Shown: one piece after another, positions 49,454-61,564 of the stretch
Numbering within the stretch: the first letter of the stretch is position 1
How the letters are laid out: every line of letters begins with the position of its first letter
Origin: Eledone cirrhosa
Taxonomy: Eukaryota
Length of the DNA: 64,000 bases
Direction of reading: 5' to 3'
NCBI GenBank assembly: GCA_964016885.1
Contig: OZ024742.1
Span: forward strand, 208,630,001-208,694,000
Notes under the pieces: generated by a model
What the model was told of the DNA's origin: nothing
Seen by the model: the letters and a program-made list of their open reading frames with translations, nothing else
Databases searched by the model: none
Made by a program: the position numbers and the translations under genes

Positions 49454-50264
49454 AGTAGTAGTAGTAATAGTAGTAGTATTTGTTTCGTGTCTTTACACAA
49501 GGTGTTACAGATCTTTCAGAAATGTTGTTGTTATACAAACGTTTTTTAGTGGACATTTTATATTGTTTTATAGTTAAACTAACCAGAACCTTCTTCAGCT
49601 GGTTGGCTTTTCTCTCTTCTTTGTGTAGCTCTTTAAGAATTAATCTGTGTAAACTTTTTTAACACATCCCTCACATTTAATGCCAATAATATGGTGGACG
49701 AAAAGGAGAAAATCCGGCTACCCACCAACTCGAACAGCTAATATTCAAAATGTCCAAAATCGACGACAGCAACAGCAGAAACAAAGAAAAAACAACAAGA
49801 GTATTGCATTGAATTATATAAAAAGTGTAACACCACCGCCGTCACCACTACCAGAACGATGCAATAATCTAACACTACCAGAAACAAAAGCAACAACACT
49901 ACCACTATGACCACCACCACCACCACTACAAGAAATATAACAGAAACAAGCAACAACAAAATAGTAAAACGGACAACGACATCAAAAATGACAACAACAA
50001 GGAATACAAGAAAAGTAGACTCAACAATAACACATTTGTAGCAATGAATACAAAAGAGGATGAACTTTTCAAAATAGCCATAATAAAAGATGACAATTGT
50101 TTCGCCTGGGCCGCTAAACATATCAAATTAGATAAATCATGGACCAAAGTATCCCGAGGTGTTGACAACGACAGCCAAAAGACCCTTGCATACACACATA
50201 ACTCTACAAAGACAAGACAACTGTAAGCATCCCCTCTACCAGAAGTAGAAAGAGCTCTGAAAGC

Positions 50265-50441
50265 GATAATTGTTTCTACTTTTGGCACAAGTCCAGCAAA
50301 CACCCAGTACATTACTGGTACTTTATTTTATCGACCCCGTAAGGATGAAAGGCAAAGTTAACCTTGGCGGGATTTGAACTCAGACCATAAAGGGCCGTAA
50401 CTCTTTGCTGCAAAGCATGGCGTCCAACCCTCTACCGATCG
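50265..50441 (-). mobile_element. tRNA-derived SINE
   Basis: Reverse complement of the same consensus. Confidence 0.85.
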
Positions 50442-51413
50442 GACATTCAGCATATCGTTAGAGCCAGGCAATTTGGAAGTATTTCGGTGTTCAGGCTGGC
50501 ATCAACAGTTTTAAATACACTGTCAAATGATAACTCAAAAGTGCAATAGGTTGCACACGATAAAATATTTGTTGAAGTAAACTGGATAACTTGTAAGTTA
50601 TAGCTTGCAAATTGTTGAATAAAACGAATGAGATCTGTAAACACGGATATATATACACATAGCCACACAAACACAATGACTTACATATATAAAGAAATGT
50701 AATTATCCTTGATCCTATACACGCAAACATTGACACATACATATGTACATACTATACACACACTTAAATATGCATACAAACGAACATACATAATTGAGTG
50801 TTAGTGATATCCTGAGTTTTAAAATACACAAGCGAAAGTGTGGCTTAATGCAAGTGTTCATCTATTGACGATAACCTGAATGTAGTAGTCGCCCAACTAG
50901 TTAAACTGCCTAGTATTTATTTATGATATCAAGAGACATGATTGTATTCATTAACTCCAAACAGATACTAAATAAACCACAATATTTCTCATGTTGTCTG
51001 ATATTTCCTTTACATCGGTGTGCCATATGTTCCACCAGCTAGAACACCTGCTGTAATATCAGATTGAGTGTCATGTTTTATTTTCTTTATATTCGAAGGG
51101 CATTAGATTTTGGTGAGTTTGCATATATTTTGAAGTTTATTGTTTATTTAATTATGGTATTCATATATGACCCTCCTTTAACTAGGCTATAAATCACATA
51201 TAAAGTCGCATTTTACTGGAGATATTATCAGTTATAATAGCCGAATAGGGTATTAGGTGTATATATCCGCATGTGTAACTATATACTTCGTGCTGTAGAT
51301 AAACGTGTTACGTTTCTGTTTGAATGAATGTATTTAAATAATGTATGTATTATAAGTCTGAATGTTAGTACTTCTCATATATTAATATGGCGTGCGTTGT
51401 ATTTATATATGTA

Positions 51414-52006
51414 CTAGCATTAAAGCCCGGCGTTGCTCGGGGTCAGTAAGTTACCAAAGTTAGGTTGCACCACCCATTTTATGGCAGCACTTTTTTTGTC
51501 TGCCAGGCACTGGGTGAATGAATTGCAGACCTGGACTGCCGAAGCAGGAGCTGCGCCAGCAGTGACAATTGTAGTTTCGCCTATGGATATTATCTCTGTG
51601 CAAAGAAGTGTTGAAATTTATTGTTTAACAGTACTTGCGCAACACGTGCGTAGACGATGCCAGCCGAACGACAGAGCTGCGATAGAGTTGTTCTGAATGG
51701 TTGTCTAATGTGTGTTTTCTAAATTTAAGACAGTAGGGAGGGGTGTGATATGGGGGACAGTTAGCTGCTGTTTCTATCAGGTTTAGTGACCACATAGAGG
51801 ATATTATTGTGTATAGTAAATGAACTGATGCTTCTTTCTTCCACGTTCGTTGATAGATGTTTTAAAAAAGATTTATCGCTATTTTTTTTGTTGTTGAATA
51901 AATGTTACTGTTGCTTTTGAATAATTGTTGTTTCGTATGAAATGTAATAAGTTCTCTTTGTCATTGAAGTAAATAAATGTTTGACCGTTCCACACTCAAA
52001 AACAAA

Positions 52007-52101
<95 letters not shown>

Positions 52102-52420
52102 TAAAGGTTGTAAGTTTAATCATCATCATTATCTATTCGATAAAACTACATACATGCAACTTTCTCTGATGAAGGGGAGTAGAGAGAGGTATTCTGATTG
52201 TATTAGAGGGGTAAAGCGTCATGTATTTAGTTTTATAGATTATTTCCATAACTGTGGGTGAGTCTGAATGAAATAAATAGTCGGTGACCTAAATTAGACC
52301 ATTTACAACATTCTTACAGACATTGAGTCGAATCGGTTTCAAATTGTGCAAATGTATAAACATGGAACATGCACACACACACACACACAACAACAACAAC
52401 AACAATCTGCCTTTTATAGA
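51414..52420 (-). mobile_element. Non-autonomous Helitron, family B (internal (CT)n at ~52010-52100)
   Basis: On the minus strand: A|TCTATAAAAGG...GACCCCGAGCAACGCCGGGCTTTAATGCTAG|T, i.e. 5'-TC, 3' GC hairpin + CTAG, A^T target. Confidence 0.72.
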
Positions 52421-52423
52421 TAA

Positions 52424-55400
52424 CTAGCAGTAAAGCCCGGCGTTGCTCGGGGTCGCTCAGTAGCTGTGTTAAAGTTACAATGTTAAGTTTCTTTTTTGGC
52501 TTAAAAACTGTAGTGTCTACTGTGCAGACTTGCATGTGGTGTTTTTGATTAATATTCCCTCAACCAACAATATGCCTTATGAAGTTAAGAAAACATAACG
52601 ATAACCCGAATGTTATAACAAAAGAGGATGCTGGGGATAAAAACTGCACTGGTTATTTATTAACAAAGATCGAAAATGTAAACACTGCAACGCAGAGAAA
52701 AACATTAGCGTAACCAAATTATCAGTTATGTCTGTCTGCACGCCTATATCACCTCTCTGCACGACTGTCTGTCTGCACGCCTATATCACCTCTCTGGACG
52801 ACTATCTGTCTGCACGCCTATATCACCTCTCTGCACGACTGTCTCTCTGCACGCCTATATCACCTCTCTGCACGACTGTCTGTCTGCACGCGTATATCAC
52901 CTCTCTGCACGACTGTCTGTCTGCACGACTGTCTGTCTGCACGCCTAACGAAATTTACAGATACATATATTTTAAATAAACTTATATAATTTTTGCTTTT
53001 TTTTACGAAATATTTGCTTGTTTTACGTAGTCTTTAAATAGACTTGTTTTCAAGTCAAAATATTGTTTTAAAATGCTTTTAAATGGAAATGAAGCAAAAC
53101 GGAAGCTTAGTGTTCGAACTGATGAATTTTGCAGGTCAATATTTTGCTGGCTCGACAACTGTTCGTGTATTGTGTTAATGTCATTTTAAACGCTGAGAAA
53201 GCCAGCGTAATTTTTTACGTAAGACGCTCAATGTAAACAGAACAAAGGGAAATAATTGATAACCTACGCTCAAAAATCGATACATTATATTCGATTTCGT
53301 CACATAGGGTGGGTCAATTTGAAATATTTTTTTCCGATGTCTTCGCTAGGGCTCAATGTACAAGTATAGCAATTTCGGTGCAATTCCGTGAGAGATTCTA
53401 AGAGGAGATGTGTGCCAAAAATCGATAGACAGACAGACAACCACAGTTTTATATATATAGACTAGCAGTAAAGCCCGGCGTTGCTCGGGGTCGCTCAGTA
53501 GCTGTGTTAAAGTTACAATGTTAAGTTTCTTTCTTGGCTTAAAAACTCTAGTGTCTACTGTGCAGACTTGCATGTGGTGTTTTTGATTAATATTCCCTCA
53601 ACCAACAATATGCCTTATGAAGTTAAGAAAACATAACGATAACCCGAATGTTATAACAAAAGAGGGTGCTGGGGATAGAAACTGCACTGGTTATTTATTA
53701 ACAAAGATCGAAAATGTAAACACTGCAACGCAGAGAAAAACATTAGCGTAACCAAATTATCAGTTATGTCTCTCTGCACGCCTATATCACCTCTCTGCAC
53801 GACTGTCTGTCTGCACGCCTATATCACCTCTCTGCACGACTATCTGTCTGCACGCCTATATCACCTCTCTGCACGACTGTCTGTCTGCACGCCTATATCA
53901 CCTCTCTGCACGACTGTCTGTCTGAACACGTATATCACCTCTCTGCACGACTGTCTGTCTGCACGACTGTCTGTCTGCACGCCTAACGACGAAATATTTG
54001 CTTGTTCTACGTAGTCTTTAAATAGACTTGTTTTCAAGTAAAAATATTGTTTTAAAATGCTTTTAAATGGAAATGAAGCAAAACGGAAGCTTAGTGTTCG
54101 AACTGTTCGTGTATTGTGTTAATGTCATTTTAAACGCTGAGAAAGCCAGCGTAATTTTTTACGTAAGACGCTCAATGTAAACAGAACAAAGGGAAATAAT
54201 TGATAACTTACGCTCAAAAATCGATACATTATATTCGATTTCGTCACATAGGGTGGGTCAATTTGAAATATTTTTTTCCGATGTCTTCGCTAGGGCTCAA
54301 TGTACAAGTATAGCAATTTCGGTGCAATTCCGTGAGAGATTCTAAGAGGAGATGTGTGCCAAAAATCGATAGACAGACAGACAACCACAGTTTTATATAT
54401 ATAGACTAGCAGTAAAGCCCGGCGTTGCTCGGGGTCGCTCAGTAGCTGTGTTAAAGTTACAATGTTAAGTTTCTTTCTTGGCTTAAAAACTCTAGTGTCT
54501 ACTGTGCAGACTTGCATGTGGTGTTTTTGATTAATATTCCCTCAACCAACAATATGCCTTATGAAGTTAAGAAAACATAACGATAACCCGAATGTTATAA
54601 CAAAAGAGGGTGCTGGGGATAGAAACTGCACTGGTTATTTATTAACAAAGATCGAAAATGTAAACACTGCAACGCAGAGAAAAACATTAGCGTAACCAAA
54701 TTATCAGTTATGTCTCTCTGCACGCCTATATCACCTCTCTGCACGACTGACTGTCTGCACGCCTATATCACCTCTCTGCACGACTATCTGTCTGCACGCC
54801 TATATCACCTCTCTGCACGACTGTCTGTCTGCACGCCTATATCACCTCTCTGCACGACTGTCTGTCTGAACACGTATATCACCTCTCTGCACGACTGTCT
54901 GTCTGCACGACTGTCTGTCTGCACGCCTAACGACGAAATATTTGCTTGTTCTACGTAGTCTTTAAATAGACTTGTTTTCAAGTAAAAATATTGTTTTAAA
55001 ATGCTTTTAAATGGAAATGAAGCAAAACGGAAGCTTAGTGTTCGAACTGTTCGTGTATTGTGTTAATGTCATTTTAAACGCTGAGAAAGCCAGCGTAATT
55101 TTTTACGTAAGACGCTCAATGTAAACAGAACAAAGGGAAATAATTGATAATTTACGCTCAAAAATCGATACATTATATTCGATTTCGTCACATAGGGTGG
55201 GTCAATTTGAAATATTTTTTTCCGATGTCTTCGCTAGGGCTCAATGTACAAGTATAGCAATTTCGGTGCAATTCCGTGAGAGATTCTAAGAGGAGATGTG
55301 TGCCAAAAATCGATAGACAGACAGACAACCACAGTTTTATATATATAGACTAGCAGTAAAGCCCGGCGTTGCTCGGGGTCGCTCAGTAGCTGTGTTAAAG

Positions 55401-56257
55401 TTACAATGTTAAGTTTCTTTCTTGGCTTAAAAACTCTAGTGTCTACTGTGCAGACTTGCATGTGGTGTTTTTGATTAATATTCCCTCAACCAACAATATG
55501 CCTTATGAAGTTAAGAAAACATAACGATAACCCGAATGTTATAACAAAAGAGGATGCTGGGGATAGAAACTGCACTGGTTATTTATTAACAAAGATCGAA
55601 AATGTAAACACTGCAACTCAGAGAAAAACATTAGCGTAACCAAATTATCAGTTATGTCTGTCTGCACGCCTATATCACCTCTCTGCACGACTGTCTGTCT
55701 GCACGCCTATATCACCTCTCTGCACGACTGTCTCTCTGCACGCCTATATCACCTCTCTGCACGACTGTCTGTCTGAACGCGTATATCACCTCTCTGCACG
55801 ACTGTCTGTCTGCACGACTGTCTGTCTGCACGCCTAACGACGAAATATTTGCTTGTTCTACGTAGTCTTTAAATAGACTTGTTTTCAAGTAAAAATATTG
55901 TTTTAAAATGCTTTTAAATGGAAATGAAGCAAAACTGAAGCTTAGTGTTCGAACTGTTCGTGTATTGTGTTAATGTCATTTTAAACGCTGAGAAAGCCAG
56001 CGTAATTTTTTACGTAAGACGCTCAATGTAAACAGAACAAAGGGAAATAACTGATAACTTACGCTCAAAAATCAATACATTATATTCGATTTCGTCACAT
56101 AGGGTGGGTCAATTTGAAATTTGTTTTTCCCGATGTCTTCGCTAGGGCTCAATGTACAAGTATAGCAATTTCGGTGCAATTCCGTGAGAGATTCTAAGAG
56201 GAGATGTGTGCCAAAAATCGATAGACAGACAGACAACCACAGTTTTATATATATAGA
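52424..56257 (-). mobile_element. Head-to-tail array of four non-autonomous Helitrons, family A (1038, 944, 944, 908 bp)
   Basis: Units 52424-53461, 53462-54405, 54406-55349, 55350-56257. Each reads on minus TCTATATATATAAAAC...CCCGAGCAACGCCGGG-CTTTACTG-CTAG; outer flanks are A and T; no TSD. Confidence 0.85.
52729..52946. repeat. 37-bp minisatellite inside each Helitron-A unit (also ~53767, ~54711, ~55655)
   Basis: CTGCACGCCTATATCACCTCTCTGCACGACTGTCTGT, 4-5 copies per unit. Confidence 0.92.
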
Positions 56258-56259
56258 TG

Positions 56260-56305
<46 letters not shown>

Positions 56306-56439
56306 AGTGAAAGTATCAACAAGAAGAAAAAGCGCTCAACTAACAGAGCAAATATTTACAATATATATATACATATGTATAGATATACACACTCACACAA
56401 ACGTACACACAAACAGACACACACATATGCACGCGCACA

Positions 56440-57170
56440 CATATTTCTTTTCGCCTATTATTCTTGGGAGGCTCGTGCGGGCAGAGTTCGCAAACGCTCC
56501 TTCAATCAGTTTTTATCAAAAGCAACCGATTCCAGCTCGTGGTTTACTGATAGGTCTCCTATCGGTTGACTTTGCCCAGACAACCTGTCCACCGATTTTT
56601 TTCCTGTGTCATTCTAGCCACATACACAAAGTATCGGAGCTGTGATCACTCAATTCAGAGAATTAGCGGCTCTATCTGGAGTGACTCTCTAATCTCCGAG
56701 CTACACATTCTATCGAGTGACGTTATTCCAAAGACCCTTCGGAGGAACCACCCATCGGCCGTTTGTATTAACGATCGTATTCTTTCGGTCATTACTCAAG
56801 ATTCATGACCGTAGGTAATGGTTGGCACGAATACCGGATTGAAGTCAGCGAGGTTTACTTTTACACCTACCCCGCTTCTGATTATGGAATGTTGAAGCTG
56901 GCTCATTACTACACTCGGTCCTGATATTATTGCACTTAAGTCAGCCTCCTGCCTTTCATCCCTCGTGAATACACCCCGACGATACTTGAACTTCTCCACC
57001 TGTTCAGTGGAACTCCATTCACAAATAGAGTGCAATATGCAAGCTTCCTTGAGAGGACGAGTGTCTCAGTTTTCGCAGCACTGATTTTCATTTAAGACAT
57101 TCAGCACTCGACATCAATCCTATCAAGTTCAAGTTTGAGATCATATTTCTAAGACCATAACGATGGTCTG
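56440..57170 (-). mobile_element. Decayed RTE-clade LINE 3' fragment
   Basis: Minus-strand translation EQVEKFKY..GVFT...PVFVPTITYGHES resembles the RTE post-RT region (FKYLG; P.LTYG.E.W). Confidence 0.65.
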
Positions 57171-57184
57171 GAGGGGAAAAAAAC

Positions 57185-57356
57185 TATGCCAATTGGAACC
57201 AGGCATATCCCAACCATTACATGTAAGGAGCAGGACTAGTGGAGGCGGCTAAATGGTAACGGCTAGATATTGTCGGGGCTTCCTTAACAAAGTTCCGTGG
57301 TTCTAATACTGTAGAATTCGATGGAAAACGGAAACTCAACTATTCAGGTGTGGCGC
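57185..57356 (+). mobile_element. Decayed RTE-like APE endonuclease N-terminal fragment
   Basis: From 57260: RLDIVGASLTKFRGSNTVEFDGKRKLNYSGV, preceded by an IGT.N-like segment. Confidence 0.6.
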
Positions 57357-57602
57357 TAAAAATGGCTCCACAGTTAGTAGTTGGGAGAAAAGAAAGAGAA
57401 GAAAATGAAAAACAAGAAAAACAAGAAAACGAAAGGAAAATAAAAATAAATGAATATATCTATATACCATATATGTGTGTGTATGTGTGTGCGTGCGTCC
57501 CCCCCCCCCCCCTCTCAAGAGCGTGAACCTAATAAACCTTTATTTGTCTGCCTCTCTGTTTTGTTCCCGTCTAAATTTGCACTATATATATATATATATG
57601 TC

Positions 57603-57659
<57 letters not shown>

Positions 57660-59977
57660 ATGTGTGTGTGTGTGTGTGTGTGTGGAGAATTAAAATTTAG
57701 GTACGGCATAGTTGTATACATACTTGTAGATGGATGTCGTATATCTAAAGATATACGTTATGTTTGATAAATAAACATTTTGAAAGCCCAGCTATGGATA
57801 GAAGGCTGACGGTCATCGCCATCTAGCGGATTCCAGCGGAAACAGGGGAGGGTTATTGTCTATGCATTTCGAACTCTGGTTCTCACCAATGCAATGTTTC
57901 TCCTTCTTACTGTGGAATTTGAGGGACTGATTATATCAGCACCAGATCAGCGTCTACCAACAAAAAGTATCTATACAACCTCATAGAGTATGGATGCAAC
58001 CTATTATACCGTGTGTGTACAGAACAAACAATTTCAGTGTGGAATCCTTTAGCTCCAGTGGAATGCTTTAATAAGCACGGCACAGTTGCTGAATGCATAC
58101 ACTGTACAATGTGTAAGTATTTTGATCTTCCCCATCAAACGAGCTCCAAACCATCTCTCCTACATAAAAACGATCACATTTCAATTTTGTGCAAATAGGT
58201 CTGATATATTATTGAATGATTTTCAACAAAATGAATGCCTACTAAATGGCATGACTATTTCTATAGATATGAATGCGCCTGTAAAACCATTTGAATAATT
58301 GAGTAATAAACACTTGAAATAGAGATTATGGAAGTTGACAGTGGTTGTGGGTCTACTAGGAATGATACATAATGGGCCTAATGATTACTTATCCAACATT
58401 CCAGGAAACCCGCGTAGAAGAAGAAATACATAAGATTCTACAAATTGGAACTACCATTATAGAAAGGAAAATTCTGCCGATATAATTTCTTCTCACAATT
58501 TTAATCATCTAAAAACATTTTTTGTCTCCATTTTCGGACATAGGGGAACTTGTATTTTGAAGTCAGTGGTTGTGATTTGTTGGTAATTCGTATGAACAGA
58601 AGGCAAAATCTAAACATAATAGAGCATATAAATGTTACAAACAGAAAATAGAGCATATTCTGAAGAATGTTTGTCTCGGAATTCTCTTGGATTTCGTGGT
58701 CGAATGTGACCATGAAGTAAAACATACAGAGCTGGTGTTCTCAATGACTTCTTCATGATACTTTCTAATTTAGGCACCTCTAGCAATTTCATGGTGAGGG
58801 GAAAGTTACTTTATTTTATTGATCATGGAAAGAGGAACGACAGCGTTCAACTCGAGAGCATATAAACCAATAACTTAAAGAGCGGGAGAAATATTACGAG
58901 GCATTTTGTTCGAGGCTAATATTCGTAAAATCAGCAATTAATACGGGAAATTAATTCAATAAAACTACTTGTTACTTGACAAAAAAAACATTAATTATTA
59001 ATATACTAATATGCGTAATAGTATCCTAATGATGTAATCCATCGGCCATGTTTTATTTCAGATATTAATTCATAGGAACACCAACGCAATATTGTAATAT
59101 TCTGTGGTCGTCACTTTTAATAGATGTACAATCATTAAACTAATCATTCTCATTATTATGATTGCAGAGCATTATCAGCAGCTACATGAATATCAATCAT
59201 AATCATTTCCTATGATATATCTGTTGATTGTAAATGATATTACAAAACATTAGGGAACTTTCTCGGTTAACAGTAATGAAGTAAAATGGCGTAATATATT
59301 GAATAATGTTTTACTAATTTTCTTATTCTACATTTTTTCAACAGCGGTTTCTCTCTATCATCCCTCAGTCTCATTCATTTTCTGTCACACTAGCTATGTA
59401 TTCATATATCAGTCTCTTTTTCTCTTTATATTGTATTCCCATTTTTTTCTTATCGTTTTTCTTTTACTTATTTTCTCTCCAAATTTACTTTTGAATATTT
59501 TATGCGCTAAAGCAAAAAAAAAAATAATAATAAAAACAAATGTGATAAACATATTATTTCATAGAAGCTGAGATATACTAGATGACATAACCAACAGCAA
59601 CTACAGAATAATGAACTCATATGAAAGGGAAGATGTCTATTAAATATACATAGGCGAAGAATACAAAATGCACCAGAACATTTATTTATGTTAATATAAT
59701 TTACAAATTAGAGGCATGAGTGCATATACTCACTCATAAAACAACATCTTGGACATGGCGTCAGCAAGGCGATTCAAAGCGTACCACCTAAAGCTTTATA
59801 TTTGCAGCATAACACTTGCCTCCAATTCGTTGAAATATAACATCTAGGAACTTTCTGACACTCAGAAATGAAGACTGTAGTATATACAAACCATGGTAAG
59901 AGAACGTGAAAGACTTGCGCAAAAAAAAATACAAGCGCAGCCATGATAAATTCTCTTTGCACCTTCATTGGCTAGTA

Positions 59978-60118
59978 AAATAATTGTTTCTACTTTTGGC
60001 ACAAGGCCAGCAATTAGCCAGTGCATTACTGGTACTTTATTTTATCGACCCCGTAGGGATCAAAGGCAAAGTTAACCACGGCGGGATTTGAACTCAGAAT
60101 GTCAAGGGCTGTAACTGA
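59978..60118 (-). mobile_element. SINE, 5'-truncated (another diverged copy at ~60684-60865)
   Basis: TTGTTTCTACTTTTGGCACAAGGCC...TTTTATCGACCCC...GGATTTGAACTC. Confidence 0.85.
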
Positions 60119-60129
60119 GGATGTGAAAG

Positions 60130-60500
60130 CAACGATTTTCTGTGATTATCAGACTGATAGAGTAACTGATCATAGGTGACTGACTTAGTAGATGGTCCAC
60201 GGAATCTGAGGAAATCCCCGTGTATCACTGGCTTTAATGTGCACTGTGCCTCATTTTTATGAGCTATCTTGCGATCTCTTCGTACTACATCGGCTTGTAC
60301 TCGTATTGTTCATCTAGTCGGCTCTCATAAGGGACTGTCAGCTCAACCAGAATGAATCTGGAACCTAATTCTTAGCACAGGACAATGTCTGGTTTTTGTT
60401 CTTTCTTGCTGATTAATTCAGGATAATTATCACGCCTGTTTAGGTGACCGCTAAATACTGCTATTTCCACTGATAATCCAAGCATGTTATCCTCGAGCTC
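60130..60500 (-). mobile_element. Decayed RLE domain of a HERO/NeSL-like non-LTR element
   Basis: Hand translation on minus: PELISKKEQKPDIVLC*ELGSRFILVELTVPYESRLDEQYEYK, i.e. PD...ELTVP.E...K. Confidence 0.6.
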
Positions 60501-61304
60501 TAATTCATATCTTGGTATCATTTTTATATAGTGGTGTAACTACCAATGGTAGAACTTAATCTGTGGTTCCTGGTTACATCTAATCAAACAATGACTACGT
60601 CAACTCTTCTAGCACTCTGTTATGCCTTCACATCTATCTGCGATTGGCAAGGGCTGCTTTACATACATTATTTATTATATACAATAATAATTGTTTCTAA
60701 TTTAGGCATAAAGTCAGTAAACTTTAGGGAAGTTAATGGTTCTTTATTTTATCGAGCGCGTAAGGATAAAAGGCAAAGCTAAAGTCGGTGTGATTTGAAA
60801 TCAGAATGTAAAGAAGCGTACTGTATGCCGCTAAAAATATTGTCCAGTGCTCTACGGATACTTCTAATAGTAATAATATGGACCATATAAACCAATAAAC
60901 GGTCTGATATAATAATAAACCAAACATCGCTGTAATCTAAAAGAAAAACAAAACGTGTCAGTCGATATATCTAGCTTGTCTATTTGATACTCGCATAGAA
61001 GAGAAAGAAGAAGAGTACACAAATTACGACTCCTGAAGTATAAAATTTCAAGAATGTGGAAGAATAAAAATGTGAAAATGATATCAGTTGCCGTTGGTGA
61101 ATTAGAGATGGCCACAAACAATTTTGATGGATTGATAAAAATTTAAACCTGAATCTTATAGTTGAAATATTACAGAAAACATCTTTACTTGGAAAAGGGT
61201 ATTTGATATAAACTGAAAAAAGGAAACATCGTCATGTATGCGGTCCGTTATATAGAGTAAACCAGGCAATAAGATCAATCATAAGGAAAGGCGTGATGAT
61301 GATC

Positions 61305-61363
<59 letters not shown>

Positions 61364-61393
61364 ACTACTACTAATAATAATAATAATAATAAT
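61305..61393. repeat. (TAA)n microsatellite = tail of a minus-strand SINE tip (61391-61412)
   Basis: (TAA)n followed by TTGTTTCTACTTTAGGCACA. Confidence 0.9.
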
Positions 61394-61564
61394 TGTTTCT
61401 ACTTTAGGCACATGGTGGATATATCGTTATGGAATCGCTTCCGTAAGTTTTTTATTTTTACTTATTTAAAACAACTGTGATAGAATAATTCTTATTACAA
61501 ATGAAATATAAGATTACAGTTTTGACGCTCAGCAAGCCACAACGCATCACATTACGGCATAGGG

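Noticed and set aside
49480-50260. ACC/AAC-rich stretch with short ORFs between two convergent SINEs, possibly a LINE ORF1 relic
   Set aside because: No diagnostic motif to support a call.
52729-52946. CRISPR-like or zinc-finger-coding 37-bp repeats (Cys/His-rich ORFs)
   Set aside because: No unique spacers; the 37-bp period is not a multiple of 3; eukaryotic Helitron context.
57450-59970. Short hydrophobic or low-complexity ORFs
   Set aside because: Products of (TA)n/(TG)n microsatellites and AT-rich DNA; no domain similarity.
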